Below are positions 6,908-16,750 of a stretch of DNA of 32,867 nucleotides, in pieces; within the stretch, counting starts at the first letter, position 1, and each line of letters starts with the position of its first letter. Under the pieces are notes generated by a model that ran no database searches, was not told the origin of the DNA, and was given only the letters and a program-made list of their open reading frames with translations. Both the position numbers and the translations under genes were made by a program. Origin of the DNA: a virus (lineage: Duplodnaviria; Caudoviricetes); the IMG/VR virus record IMGVR_UViG_3300020044_006781, positions 1-32,867 of that record; one strand, written 5' to 3'.

Positions 6908-7960
6908 GTGAAAACTTGGTATTCCATCAAAGCAAAGGCCGATCAGGCATCAACTGACATTTCAATCTTCGACGAGATTGGATTTTGGGGCATCTCCGCA
7001 AAGGATTTTATCAGCGACCTGAAGCAAGTCCCATCTAACCACCGGATCAATCTCAGCATCCATTCCCCTGGGGGCGAGGTGTTTGACGGCAACGCCATCG
7101 CCACTGCGCTCAAGCGTCATGCTGGGGGTGTTACGGTCCAAATCGAAGGGCTTGCCGCATCTATGGCAACCGTGATTTCCCTTGCTGGATCGCCCGTCAA
7201 GATGGCGGCAAATGGTTTTTACATGATACATAATCCGTGGGGCTTTTCCGTAGGAGATGCCGATGATATGCGGGATCAGGCCGAACTACTCGACAAGATT
7301 CAAACCGGAATTGTGAACGCATACGCCGCCAAATCCGGCCAATCAATCGCACAGATTGAAGAGTGGATGGACAATGAAACATGGTTCACCGCGCAGGAAG
7401 CACTAGATGCCGGGTTTGTCGATGAGATTACCGATGCTTACGAAATGGCGGCGAGTGCGAATAAGTTTTCTCGTTTGGAAAAGTTCAAGAATCCGCCCGT
7501 GAATTTGACACCGAAAGAAATTGTGATGAGCGACAACGCACCAACACCCGAGCCAATCGAGCCAGAACCAATCGAGCCGATTGTTGAGCCTACTCCTGAG
7601 CCTGAGCCAACTCCAGAACCGACACCGGAGCCAGAGCCTGCCCCCGCTACCGAGCCTGAGCCATCCGCCCCCGTTGCAGTCATCGCCGGAGCTGAATCCA
7701 TCCTTGCCAAGTTTAACGACCTGCAAGCCAAGTTTGATGCCGTCTCGAAAGAGCGTGACAAGGCAATCACCGATCTTGCCGCCGAACGCACAGCCCTTGC
7801 CCGCTTGGAATCCTCGCTTGGACTTGCTGCCGCAAAGGTTATTCCAGCCGTTGAGGTTGATTCCCCAATTTCTAACGCAATGCCCCGCGCAGACTTTCAA
7901 AACCTCCCCGTAAACGCACGAAATGAATTCATCCGCAACGGAGGAAAACTAACAGATTAA
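6908..7960 (+). CDS. ClpP-type head maturation protease with Pro/Glu linker and C-terminal scaffold-like region
   Basis: IHSPGGEVFDG, GLAASMA (catalytic Ser), MIHNP, ETWFTAQEALDAGFVD; likely GTG start at 6908. Confidence 0.92.
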   Translation: MKTWYSIKAKADQASTDISIFDEIGFWGISAKDFISDLKQVPSNHRINLSIHSPGGEVFDGNAIATALKRHAGGVTVQIEGLAASMATVISLAGSPVKMAANGFYMIHNPWGFSVGDADDMRDQAELLDKIQTGIVNAYAAKSGQSIAQIEEWMDNETWFTAQEALDAGFVDEITDAYEMAASANKFSRLEKFKNPPVNLTPKEIVMSDNAPTPEPIEPEPIEPIVEPTPEPEPTPEPTPEPEPAPATEPEPSAPVAVIAGAESILAKFNDLQAKFDAVSKERDKAITDLAAERTALARLESSLGLAAAKVIPAVEVDSPISNAMPRADFQNLPVNARNEFIRNGGKLTD

Positions 7961-7996
7961 TCACACTCACACTCTCAAATCTAATTACCTACTACC

Positions 7997-9157
7997 ATGG
8001 CCAACGACATCTCACTCTCGGGTTTAACTGAAATCCTTTACGTCGCTCGCGATCAAGTTGTCGCAGAGCCAACAGCCTTTGCACAAGGCGTAATCACCAA
8101 CGGCGGCACTGAAGGCGTTTCGTCCGGTGGCACCGTTACCTCAATGCGCAGCACTCAGCCAACGCTTGAGACTTCCTACACGCCAGCGATGACCGTGCCG
8201 GATGCTGCTGACATCACCACGTCAACCGATTCGATGACACTCAACTCTTACGCCGGGTCTAGCATCCCGCTTAAGGGAGAGCAATTCCTGCAACTTGCAA
8301 ACACCGTTGGAGCTGAAGCTGCGCTTACTCAGCTTTACGCTCAGGCCATCCGCCAGCTTCGCAACCAGTTTGAAATCGCAATTGCTACCGCCGCCTATCA
8401 AGGATCGAGCCGCGCAGTTGGAACCGCTGGAACTACTCCATTCGCGTCCAGCTTCAACACTGTAAACGAGCTTCGCCAGATCCTTGAAGATAACGGATGC
8501 GCCATGGATGACGGAATGCTTTCCTTGGCAATCTCGACCACTGCAGGAACCAACCTTCGCAACCTTAGCACTCTCACCAAGGCTAACGAGGCCGGATCAG
8601 ATTCCACTCTTCGCCGTGGCGAGCTGCTCAACATCGGAGGTTTCTCCATCCGCACCTCGGCAGGCATCCGCGCTCATACCAAAGGCACCGGATCGGGATA
8701 CCTTGTCAATCAAACCGGATTGGTAACTGGTAGCCGCGCAATCACCACGGACACCGGAACCGGGACCATCCTTGCGGGTGATATCATTACCTTCGCTTCT
8801 GGCGCTGGTAGCGGTTTCAACTACGTGGTGGGAAGCCCGCTTGCCTCCAACGTGGTTACAATCAATCACCCCGGTTTGCGCGGTGCAATTGCCGACAACA
8901 ACGCAATCACAGTTGGTAACAACTATACCGCCAACGTCGGATTCCACCGCTCTGCCATCGAGCTTGCCATTCGTCCACCCGCTCAACCTCCAGGCGGCGA
9001 CATGGGTGAAGAAATCGCCACTCTCTTTGACGAAAAGACAGGGCTTTCCTTCTCCGCTCGCCTATACAAAGGCTACGGAATCAATCAGATCAAACTGATG
9101 GCATTCTACGGCGTCAAAGTCTGGAAGCCTGAATATGTCGCCACTCTTATGGGTTAA
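7997..9157 (+). CDS. Major capsid protein (P22-coat-like, with a beta insertion domain)
   Basis: 386 aa after the protease, followed by a terminator; FHRSAIELAIRPP and FYGVKVWKPE-type C-terminus. Confidence 0.8.
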   Translation: MANDISLSGLTEILYVARDQVVAEPTAFAQGVITNGGTEGVSSGGTVTSMRSTQPTLETSYTPAMTVPDAADITTSTDSMTLNSYAGSSIPLKGEQFLQLANTVGAEAALTQLYAQAIRQLRNQFEIAIATAAYQGSSRAVGTAGTTPFASSFNTVNELRQILEDNGCAMDDGMLSLAISTTAGTNLRNLSTLTKANEAGSDSTLRRGELLNIGGFSIRTSAGIRAHTKGTGSGYLVNQTGLVTGSRAITTDTGTGTILAGDIITFASGAGSGFNYVVGSPLASNVVTINHPGLRGAIADNNAITVGNNYTANVGFHRSAIELAIRPPAQPPGGDMGEEIATLFDEKTGLSFSARLYKGYGINQIKLMAFYGVKVWKPEYVATLMG

Positions 9158-9183
9158 TCTCCTCGGTTGTTTGTGTTGTTCCC

Positions 9184-9220
9184 GCGCCCCGCTGTCTCAC
9201 GATGGCGGGGCGTTTCTTTT
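9184..9220 (+). terminator. Intrinsic terminator after capsid
   Basis: GCGCCCCGCTGTC-TCAC-GATGGCGGGGCGT then TTCTTTT. Confidence 0.8.
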
Positions 9221-9240
9221 GACATTGCGGCACATTTAGA

Positions 9241-9564
9241 ATGCTAGCTAATTCGATCAACGCTTTCCGACTTAAGACGGCGACAACCCAAAACACCGCG
9301 CATGGTGTGGACGTTACATTTCGGGGAAAAACCGTCAAAGCAGTCTTATCACCCATCCGCGTAAACATAGACCTAGAAACAGGTGGGCAGGCAGCTAGCG
9401 GCGAGCAAACAGCCCGCTTCCTGCAAAGCGATCTTGCATCAAAACCAGCACGTAAAGAGCAGGTAACGATCAACGGGCGCAAGTATAGCATCATCGAAGT
9501 CAAAGACCCCGTAAGCACCCACGGCGAGTATGTAGTTGTATTGCAAACCGGATCACTCATATGA
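9241..9564 (+). CDS. Probable head closure / head-tail adaptor protein
   Basis: 107 aa beta-rich ORF (VTINGRKYSI) after capsid; synteny. Confidence 0.6.
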   Translation: MLANSINAFRLKTATTQNTAHGVDVTFRGKTVKAVLSPIRVNIDLETGGQAASGEQTARFLQSDLASKPARKEQVTINGRKYSIIEVKDPVSTHGEYVVVLQTGSLI

Positions 9565-9962
9565 ATCTAACCGTTGAAAAAGCAATCACGGACTGGCTGA
9601 AATCCCTATCTGAATTCGAAGGGGTAATCATTCACCCCGGGCAATTTGATGAGGAGATTCCAAACGATGAAGCCTTCGTGGTTGTCATCTGTGCCGACAC
9701 GGACGCGCCCGCAAGCACTCTCTACGTTGCTCCCGTTATCATTACCATCTCAACACCAGAGATGATCGAAGGCGGTCTAGAGCTTCACAAGAACCTAGTC
9801 GCCAGCCTCAAGGCCGCGCTGAAACTTGATGATAACTTCACAGCATTTTTCCCCGCAGATTCGCAATGCGTCGGAGCCGAACTTCTAAAATGGAATGATC
9901 AGCAAGACGACGGTAGATGGACAACATCCGCAGACCTGACCCTTGGCATCATCGAAATTTGA
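9561..9962 (+). CDS. Probable tail terminator / neck protein
   Basis: 133 aa acidic ORF before the tail tube; synteny. Confidence 0.5.
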   Translation: MNLTVEKAITDWLKSLSEFEGVIIHPGQFDEEIPNDEAFVVVICADTDAPASTLYVAPVIITISTPEMIEGGLELHKNLVASLKAALKLDDNFTAFFPADSQCVGAELLKWNDQQDDGRWTTSADLTLGIIEI

Positions 9963-9992
9963 CACTCCCTTAACTTTAGACTTCCCACCATT

Positions 9993-10370
9993 ATGGCCGC
10001 AACAATTTACGTATCCACAGCCGCAACCGATACCCAGTTTGGAATCGTCAACGAAACCGCTCTGATCCTTACCGGATTCTCTCGGCAGGTTAATACCAAA
10101 AAGAGCGAAATCATGGACGCTGAGGGCGATGTCATTGCCGTCGCTTATACTGGCAAGACCGCCGCTATCAAGCTTGATGGGTTCATCAACGGTTCGGTCG
10201 ATCTTGAGGTGGCTAACCTTATCACGCTTGCCAACAACACCAGCAATTTCGGCCTATCAGGCGGAACCATTCTGATTGATTCGATCAGCGAAACATCGGC
10301 ACAAGGCGAGTTCAAAAAGATCAGCTGTGACGTGACGCAATACGAGTCAACGATGACCCTGCAATCCTAA
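9993..10370 (+). CDS. Probable major tail tube protein
   Basis: 125 aa, Thr/Ser/Gly-rich and beta-rich; upstream of the chaperone and tape measure genes. Confidence 0.6.
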   Translation: MAATIYVSTAATDTQFGIVNETALILTGFSRQVNTKKSEIMDAEGDVIAVAYTGKTAAIKLDGFINGSVDLEVANLITLANNTSNFGLSGGTILIDSISETSAQGEFKKISCDVTQYESTMTLQS

Positions 10371-10414
10371 TCTAAACCACCCGAGCCTGCCCGGGTTTTG
10401 GCAGGCAATAAATT

Positions 10415-10861
10415 ATGATTCAACACTACCAGAAAAGACTATTCCACACCACCAATCTGAAGGTGGCAACCGCGCTCGCTACGTTTGGATTTACCAAAAC
10501 GCCAAGCTCTCAAACCAAGCGCGATGACGGCAGTGATTCGATTGTTTATTGGTTTGATGCTAAGGGGCCGGATGGCCTGGTAGCACAGCCAATCTACCAC
10601 GACATGACCAAGGGGGCGGAAGCACTTGGGAAAGCGGATCACGAAAAGCAGTTAGTTGACCAGCTAACATCCGCGCAAAAGGATTTATTCTACAAGGCTG
10701 TTACCAACTACCTGCGATGCTATGCCGCTAGTCGGGATGAGCTTATCGCGGAGATTCGCGCAATGCCTCGGAGGGTTGAAATCAAGAAGGGTGAAAATAC
10801 AGCTTTAATCTCTGAGTTTGCCAGCGAGGAAACCAAGAAAACAGTCTCGAAACTACTATAA
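10415..10861 (+). CDS. Hypothetical protein in tail module
   Basis: 148 aa ORF preceded by the hairpin GCCTGCC/GGCAGGC (10385-10406). Confidence 0.7.
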   Translation: MIQHYQKRLFHTTNLKVATALATFGFTKTPSSQTKRDDGSDSIVYWFDAKGPDGLVAQPIYHDMTKGAEALGKADHEKQLVDQLTSAQKDLFYKAVTNYLRCYAASRDELIAEIRAMPRRVEIKKGENTALISEFASEETKKTVSKLL

Positions 10862-10865
10862 AACT

Positions 10866-11258
10866 ATGAACGATGAACTAATGACAGATGATGAAATCAT
10901 GCGCAATGATGCAATGGTTAGCGGCAGTGTTGACATTGCAGGAATGACATTCAAACCTACCGACTGCCTGCGAGTTAGCTGGATGAAACGCAATGGCGTG
11001 ATGGATGACGACAAGATGGACATCCTTTGGAGGGTATGCGCCTTTGCCCTACTTCATACCACCGAAAACAAGGTCTTGCGCGGATACGTGAACGATCCCG
11101 AAGAGTTCAAAGACGCCGTTGACGCATGGATTGAAAAGCGGAATCCGTCGGTTGATGACTTCAAGGAGCTTTCCGCAATTATGAATCAGCGCATCTCGGA
11201 ATGGTTTACTAGCTCCTCAACCATCAAAGAATCAGGAAGCGCGTCTGAGGGAAACTAA
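10866..11258 (+). CDS. Tail assembly chaperone (gpG-like)
   Basis: ATG 10866; ends GAG GGA AAC TAA containing the slippery G-GGA-AAC. Confidence 0.75.
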   Translation: MNDELMTDDEIMRNDAMVSGSVDIAGMTFKPTDCLRVSWMKRNGVMDDDKMDILWRVCAFALLHTTENKVLRGYVNDPEEFKDAVDAWIEKRNPSVDDFKELSAIMNQRISEWFTSSSTIKESGSASEGN

Positions 11259-11476
11259 ACGCCCCTGGCTGGCTGGCAAGTTACGTGTATCGCGTCAACA
11301 AGGCTACCCGCTGGGGGTTTGAGGAAATCCTAAAACTGCCCTACGCTGTCGGACTCCAGATGATCCATTCCGATGACTACTACCACGGAGTTGATCGAGT
11401 CTGGAACACCACTAGCAACGCTGAAACTTTTGACTCCCTCGACATTATAGAAAGAGCACTCGCAAAACTTAAGTAA
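11249..11476 (+). CDS. -1 frameshift extension of the chaperone (gpGT-like)
   Basis: The -1 frame from GGGAAAC is open (KLNAPGWLASYVYRVNK…) and continuous with the 11285..11476 ORF. Confidence 0.75.
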   Translation, partial: GKLNAPGWLASYVYRVNKATRWGFEEILKLPYAVGLQMIHSDDYYHGVDRVWNTTSNAETFDSLDIIERALAKLK

Positions 11477-12321
11477 TGGCAAAGCAATCGGTCAAGTTAG
11501 ACGCATCAAATCTCAAGGAGATGCTTGGCCGATTTGAGGAGATGACGGGCAAACCCATGGGTGACATCGTGAGGCAACATGCTAGGCTTTGCGCTGTCGA
11601 GTTGGCGAATCGAACTCAGCCATTTACGGGAGGAGGTAAAGGCGGCAGGGAGACTCTAGAGCGTAATAAAGCATACCTCAGAAAAGACCTGCTGCGAGTC
11701 GTCAAGGACAAGGCAAAGCTTGAGGAAAAAGCCGATATGATCGAAGATTCCAAGTTGCAAACGAGACTGAGAAACGCAGTCAACGGAGGCAATCCCGCAA
11801 CTCTAGCTGCTATCTTGAAAGCTTGTGGAATCATCAAGGACGCATCGAATTTGCACATGGTCAACGGCGGCGGAATTGGAGACGTGCATTTGCAACATCG
11901 AAGCAAACGCACGGGAAGAACATTATCACCGCGCCAAGAAATCTATTTCGCAAAAACCGGGTTTGATGCATACTGGAAACAAATCTCGAAACGCTTGCAA
12001 TATGCTAAATCCGGCTGGGCAGAATGCGCTCGCAAGATTGGCGGGATCAAGGGCGATGGCGCAAGAGGTATCCCCGCATCGGCCAAGCGGCACAAGGGTA
12101 AAAACTTCAAGGTTAGCCCGCATTTCGACGTGAAAAAAAACCCGCATGTCATCATGACCAATACCACGCACTATATCTCAAGGCTATGCAAAGAAGGTGT
12201 AATGGTTGACTCGGTCGAAATCGCAGGAAAGAAAATGGCCAAGGTAATCCAAAAAGCTTTTGACTATCTCGCAAAGGGAGGGCGCAACGTGCGCTCAATT
12301 ACTAAGGAGGAAGCTACATGA
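11476..12321 (+). CDS. Basic virion morphogenesis protein (possibly HK97 gp10-like)
   Basis: 281 aa Lys/Arg-rich ORF coupled to both neighbours; family call is weak. Confidence 0.5.
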   Translation: MAKQSVKLDASNLKEMLGRFEEMTGKPMGDIVRQHARLCAVELANRTQPFTGGGKGGRETLERNKAYLRKDLLRVVKDKAKLEEKADMIEDSKLQTRLRNAVNGGNPATLAAILKACGIIKDASNLHMVNGGGIGDVHLQHRSKRTGRTLSPRQEIYFAKTGFDAYWKQISKRLQYAKSGWAECARKIGGIKGDGARGIPASAKRHKGKNFKVSPHFDVKKNPHVIMTNTTHYISRLCKEGVMVDSVEIAGKKMAKVIQKAFDYLAKGGRNVRSITKEEAT

Positions 12322-14432
12322 GTAAAGCTACTGTAAAATTCGGAGCCGAGGACACCAACCTTTCTAGCACTTTAAACAAGGTGCAAAAGCATCTGGAGCG
12401 CCTAGAAAACCAGAGCAAGGAGACGAGCGAAAGATTCGGGGTGAGCTTCAAGAGTATGGCCGCTGCCGGGGCTGGTCTTGCTATCGGCATTGGAGCAATC
12501 AAGCTTGCATTTAATGTGGCCAAGGGGACCATTGACTCATTCGGAGAGGCTCTCGACATGGGAGGCAGGCTTAACGACCTAGCTGGCAGGACTGGCGAAT
12601 CAGCGGGCAACATGCTTTTGCTCGAACGTGCATTTTCAAACGCTGGATCTAGCGCGGAAAAAGTAGGACCGACGATTAACAAGCTCCAGAAGTTTATCGT
12701 GGACGCTGGCGACTCAGCATCTAGCCAACGCAAAGCCATTACAGAGCTCGGGTTAAGCTATGCCGACCTAATCAACAAATCTCCAACGGATCAACTCGAA
12801 GCTATTGCCAATGCAATCTCGGGAGTTGATAATGATGCAAAGCGCGGGGCCTTAGCGGTTCAGGTATTTGGGAAAAGTGGCGGTGAATTGCTGCCATTTC
12901 TTCGTGATTTTTCTGGAAGCCTTGGAGGTGCAAAATATGAATTAGGCAGCATGGCAAAAGTCATGGACAGAAGCTCTGAGCTATTTGATCAAATTTCAGA
13001 TAATTTAACCGTAATTAAAGGAAAGACTGTTGAAGTTGCAGCGGGATTTATAGAAAAAGCCACTCCTGCAATTGCTAGTTTTACCAACATGCTTGCCGGT
13101 ATTGATGGAGCGTCATGGGGGTCAAAACTTATGGATTCTGTTTTGCGAGTTTCCGACGTTATGACTGGTGTTTTCTTGCAACCTATGGCCGCAGTCAATG
13201 CGATTGGTTCAGCATTAAGCGCATACTTTCGCAATGCGGGGAATCTCTACTTGAATGGACTGATCACCGGGGGAAAATATCTCGCCGCGTTTTGGACATC
13301 TGAGATTCCTTCTTTAATCCTCAATATTGTTTCATCGTCACTGCAAAAAGCATACGCCGACTCTGCAAAGTTTTTCATCGACACCATGCTAGGTGCTGCA
13401 AAAAACATTGAGCAAACACTAGTGAAGGCAGTATCTGGCGTTATTAGGTTTACCGTCATATCACTTGGAGAGGTTGTTAAAATGCTAGCCAGTGATTTAG
13501 GCCAAGCACTAACAAACCCGTTGAATTATGCTGCCGGTAAAATCACATCACTGCTAACAGGCGCAGCAGAATCCGGCGGAGTAACTTTTGAATCTGCCTT
13601 TACGGACAGTGTGAACACATCCCTTGGCAAACTCTCCAAAGGTCTAGGCGAGGTATCAAAAGAATACGGGCAAAGCATCAAGGATTCGGTGAAAGATGTT
13701 GGATCGGAGATAGGCAAGATTGTTGAGATTGTTGATTCATCAGACAAAGACTTTTTTGGAGCTAAGGATGCAACCGCTCAGATGAAAAAAGACTTTGCCG
13801 AGATTGAAGCGACGGGCAAGAAGTTCAGAGATAGCCTATCAGGTGGATATGATATGCGGCAAGATATCAAGGAACTGCCGCAACTTGGATTCAACATGGC
13901 GAATCATTTAAAAACCGGAGCAACTGCCATGGAAAAGGCAGCAAAGACGGTAAAGGAAACCTTGTCTCTATCAGAGGAAATCATGAAACGGATTGCCGAT
14001 TTCCAGAACAAAGAAAAGGTTGATCCCGGTGGCAAACTCAGCAAGAAAGCCGATGAAGCTCTCTCATCCGGCAACGTCAAGAAGGCCGAGCGTATTTCTA
14101 AACAGATTGAGGAGCGTGAACAAAATCAGGCCATCCGCGAAAAGTTTGGAGAGAAGCAGGGAAGCCGCGTTAACAAGTCCTTGCGTGATATCGCCAAGGA
14201 ACAAGGGGTGGACACCTTCCGAAAGTCTAACGAGCAAATCCGCAAAGAACTACTAGAGAAAGAAGGCAAGGGCAAAGGCGGATTTGAGAAAGATCCAGGT
14301 CGTGAAAAAATCAAAGAGCAAGACATCAAAAACGATCAAATCATGACGGGGATCAAGAACGCCGTTGAGGCCATCAAAAAGGCTGTCGAAAAGATTGAGC
14401 CTAAACTCCCACAAAGAGCACTAGCGCCATGA
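12318..14432 (+). CDS. Tail tape measure protein
   Basis: 704 aa helical Ala/Gly/Ser-rich protein, N-terminal VKFGAEDT, VFGKSGGELLP motif, downstream of the frameshifted chaperone. Confidence 0.88.
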   Translation: MSKATVKFGAEDTNLSSTLNKVQKHLERLENQSKETSERFGVSFKSMAAAGAGLAIGIGAIKLAFNVAKGTIDSFGEALDMGGRLNDLAGRTGESAGNMLLLERAFSNAGSSAEKVGPTINKLQKFIVDAGDSASSQRKAITELGLSYADLINKSPTDQLEAIANAISGVDNDAKRGALAVQVFGKSGGELLPFLRDFSGSLGGAKYELGSMAKVMDRSSELFDQISDNLTVIKGKTVEVAAGFIEKATPAIASFTNMLAGIDGASWGSKLMDSVLRVSDVMTGVFLQPMAAVNAIGSALSAYFRNAGNLYLNGLITGGKYLAAFWTSEIPSLILNIVSSSLQKAYADSAKFFIDTMLGAAKNIEQTLVKAVSGVIRFTVISLGEVVKMLASDLGQALTNPLNYAAGKITSLLTGAAESGGVTFESAFTDSVNTSLGKLSKGLGEVSKEYGQSIKDSVKDVGSEIGKIVEIVDSSDKDFFGAKDATAQMKKDFAEIEATGKKFRDSLSGGYDMRQDIKELPQLGFNMANHLKTGATAMEKAAKTVKETLSLSEEIMKRIADFQNKEKVDPGGKLSKKADEALSSGNVKKAERISKQIEEREQNQAIREKFGEKQGSRVNKSLRDIAKEQGVDTFRKSNEQIRKELLEKEGKGKGGFEKDPGREKIKEQDIKNDQIMTGIKNAVEAIKKAVEKIEPKLPQRALAP

Positions 14433-15217
14433 TTTACCACTCAAGAGGAGGCGAGCTAATCGCGCAACCGGGAAGGTCAGTTACTAACTTCCCCGGTGGA
14501 CTTGTGCGGGTCGATCAAACCTACATCGGAGAGACTTCGCATCGTGAGGCTCATCGCGCCATCTGTGCCGTCGCTAATCCGATGCCAGACGGCAATCAAA
14601 ATCCGAGCATGGAAGGATTGTTTATATATCCAGACGTTAACGAGATTGAGCGCGAAGACGGCTTTACTGAATACCGTGTTTCCGCCTATGGACGCAGAAA
14701 CTCTGACCTTTCAAATCTCCAGTTAACGCAGATTGAACAGGAGTATGACTATGCAGGGGGGAATATCACGTTCTCGGTTTATGAGGCCACTGGAACCATT
14801 ACCGTTCCAACAGGGACCGTCATGACACCGGGGGCCATCAATATCGGCCAAGAGGCGCGTTTGCCCTTTAACATTTCCCGCGTGGGATGGACTAATGTTT
14901 CATTGGTTGATACCGGGGAAAATTTCATCCTGCCTCCACAGTTTCCCCCATTTGGCAGCGTCAATCAAAGCTCTGCGATTTTTACAGAGGCAGGAACCAT
15001 TCCTGATATGTCATTTCGCCGCCGATACATTTTGGAGCTGCAAAGCCAAGTCGATGGAGATCCAAACATTAAGCTAAATATTTATATCAAAGACCCGATT
15101 GTGAAAATCACGGGTCAGCAGTTTTATGGGAAGTATGTGGAATATCAAATCCAGATGACCCGCGAAGTTGAAACCAATCCAACCGTCGCACTTGTGAGCG
15201 TTTACGAGGAACCTTAA
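14429..15217 (+). CDS. Tail tip (distal tail-like) protein
   Basis: Overlaps the tape measure stop; synteny. Confidence 0.55.
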   Translation: MIYHSRGGELIAQPGRSVTNFPGGLVRVDQTYIGETSHREAHRAICAVANPMPDGNQNPSMEGLFIYPDVNEIEREDGFTEYRVSAYGRRNSDLSNLQLTQIEQEYDYAGGNITFSVYEATGTITVPTGTVMTPGAINIGQEARLPFNISRVGWTNVSLVDTGENFILPPQFPPFGSVNQSSAIFTEAGTIPDMSFRRRYILELQSQVDGDPNIKLNIYIKDPIVKITGQQFYGKYVEYQIQMTREVETNPTVALVSVYEEP

Positions 15218-15219
15218 CC

Positions 15220-15915
15220 ATGCCGCTACCCGTTGACTTCGAAGAGAGATTGAGACGAGCACCAGCCGTCAACCAAGACGGGTATCCTTATGCCTTGTCC
15301 GCTCGGGATCTAATGGCCAACTTCAAATATCTCGACCAGAAAAAAGGAGGCACGGGCGGAATCACTTTTGTGGACTGCGATGGCAACGCGATTTTCCAGC
15401 TGGACTGGAAAGACGGACAAATCACGACCGCCGGATTCCAAACCATTGCTGGCGGCTGCGACGGGGGAGTGTCCGGGGGCGAAGAGTTCGACCATCCGTT
15501 CAAAATCTCGACGAGCAATGTGTCCGGCACGGCGAAATACAAAATCGCGAAAGGCGGGATTCAGGATGGCACGAACGGAGCTGCGATCTCGCTCACCGGT
15601 ATCGTCGAAACGGACACCACAGCAACGGAGGGCTACGTCGTCCTAGAGGCGGACGTTGACTCCAGCCTCGAACTCACCGGATGGGCGCTACGGATCGAAA
15701 CGGACGCCACGGAAGCGGCCAAGGAATGCGTCATTGACGGCGACCCGCTAGCGCAATCGAAGCTGCGCCTGCTCATCGGGAAAATCACCATGGAAGGGAC
15801 GGTGGCGACCGCGTGGCAGGCGCAATTCACCAGCGTGCGGATCACCACCGGACTTCTCAACGGGGTGCCGGTCAAGGTGTTCGAGAGCGCGCCGACGTAC
15901 TCAACCTCGATCTAA
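15220..15915 (+). CDS. Minor tail protein
   Basis: 231 aa with DHPFKI motif after a Gly-rich linker; tail module position. Confidence 0.55.
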   Translation: MPLPVDFEERLRRAPAVNQDGYPYALSARDLMANFKYLDQKKGGTGGITFVDCDGNAIFQLDWKDGQITTAGFQTIAGGCDGGVSGGEEFDHPFKISTSNVSGTAKYKIAKGGIQDGTNGAAISLTGIVETDTTATEGYVVLEADVDSSLELTGWALRIETDATEAAKECVIDGDPLAQSKLRLLIGKITMEGTVATAWQAQFTSVRITTGLLNGVPVKVFESAPTYSTSI

Positions 15916-15917
15916 CC

Positions 15918-16616
15918 ATGGGCCTCCGCGTCACCACCCGCAGCAGCCCGCGAACGGACAGATATTTCCCTTACGGGGACACCACGGCGGCGGCAGCCGG
16001 GGCGGACGATGCGTTGACCGGGCCGTTCACCCTGGCGCAGGTATGCGAGCTTTTTTATAGAGTTCGGAAAATGAGGTTAGTCGGAGAGGTCACCCATGAG
16101 CGGTACATCGACCCGCCGCCGGAAGAGGGGCCTCTAACAGAGGTATCCAGCACGTCGATGAATGTTGTCACGCCCCGCCGAAACACCAGCGAATCGGGGG
16201 ACCCTGAGATCGCTAACGAGATTGAGGTCCTGGAGCAATCCGGTGTTTCGCTGGCGTATTTCGACACGCTGGTGACTGCCGCGTTTGGATGGACCGAGGG
16301 CGGAGACCCAGAGGCTATGAGAGACGAGACTGGCGGGTATTGGTTGCGGTTGCGCTTTTTCGTCGGGGGGGTCGAGTACGGCGACGCTTTCATCTCATCG
16401 GACCCCGATCTTGTGGGGGACACGATCGATTTCGATGCGACGTTAACATTGGGCGGGGCGGATTTCTCGATCCCTGCCAAGGCGCTGGCGATGGAGGTCA
16501 CGGCGGCTTCATTGGCCATCACGGTTGAGGAGTGGTGGCCCTACGCCACATCGGCGGGAGCAGCAGCATGGAACACGGCCACAGGGGCAGCCGTGAACGG
16601 CGGGCCGGGGGCGTGA
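15918..16616 (+). CDS. Minor tail protein
   Basis: ATG 15918 two nt after the previous stop; acidic, ends EEWWPYAT…WNTATG. Confidence 0.6.
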   Translation: MGLRVTTRSSPRTDRYFPYGDTTAAAAGADDALTGPFTLAQVCELFYRVRKMRLVGEVTHERYIDPPPEEGPLTEVSSTSMNVVTPRRNTSESGDPEIANEIEVLEQSGVSLAYFDTLVTAAFGWTEGGDPEAMRDETGGYWLRLRFFVGGVEYGDAFISSDPDLVGDTIDFDATLTLGGADFSIPAKALAMEVTAASLAITVEEWWPYATSAGAAAWNTATGAAVNGGPGA

Positions 16617-16750
16617 GTTGGCGCATGGGCTCTGATCGGATGGAGACCATGAAAGCTTTTGAAGAGCGTATCATTATTGACCGTAATCTAATCAATCACC
16701 CAGTCAAATCGAACACGTATCAGCCTTGATTTTGACAACCTCGCAAAATT

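Noticed and set aside
7540-7665. GAGCC-rich repeats
   Set aside because: In-frame Pro-Glu-Pro-Thr linker of the protease/scaffold with codon periodicity; not a non-coding array.
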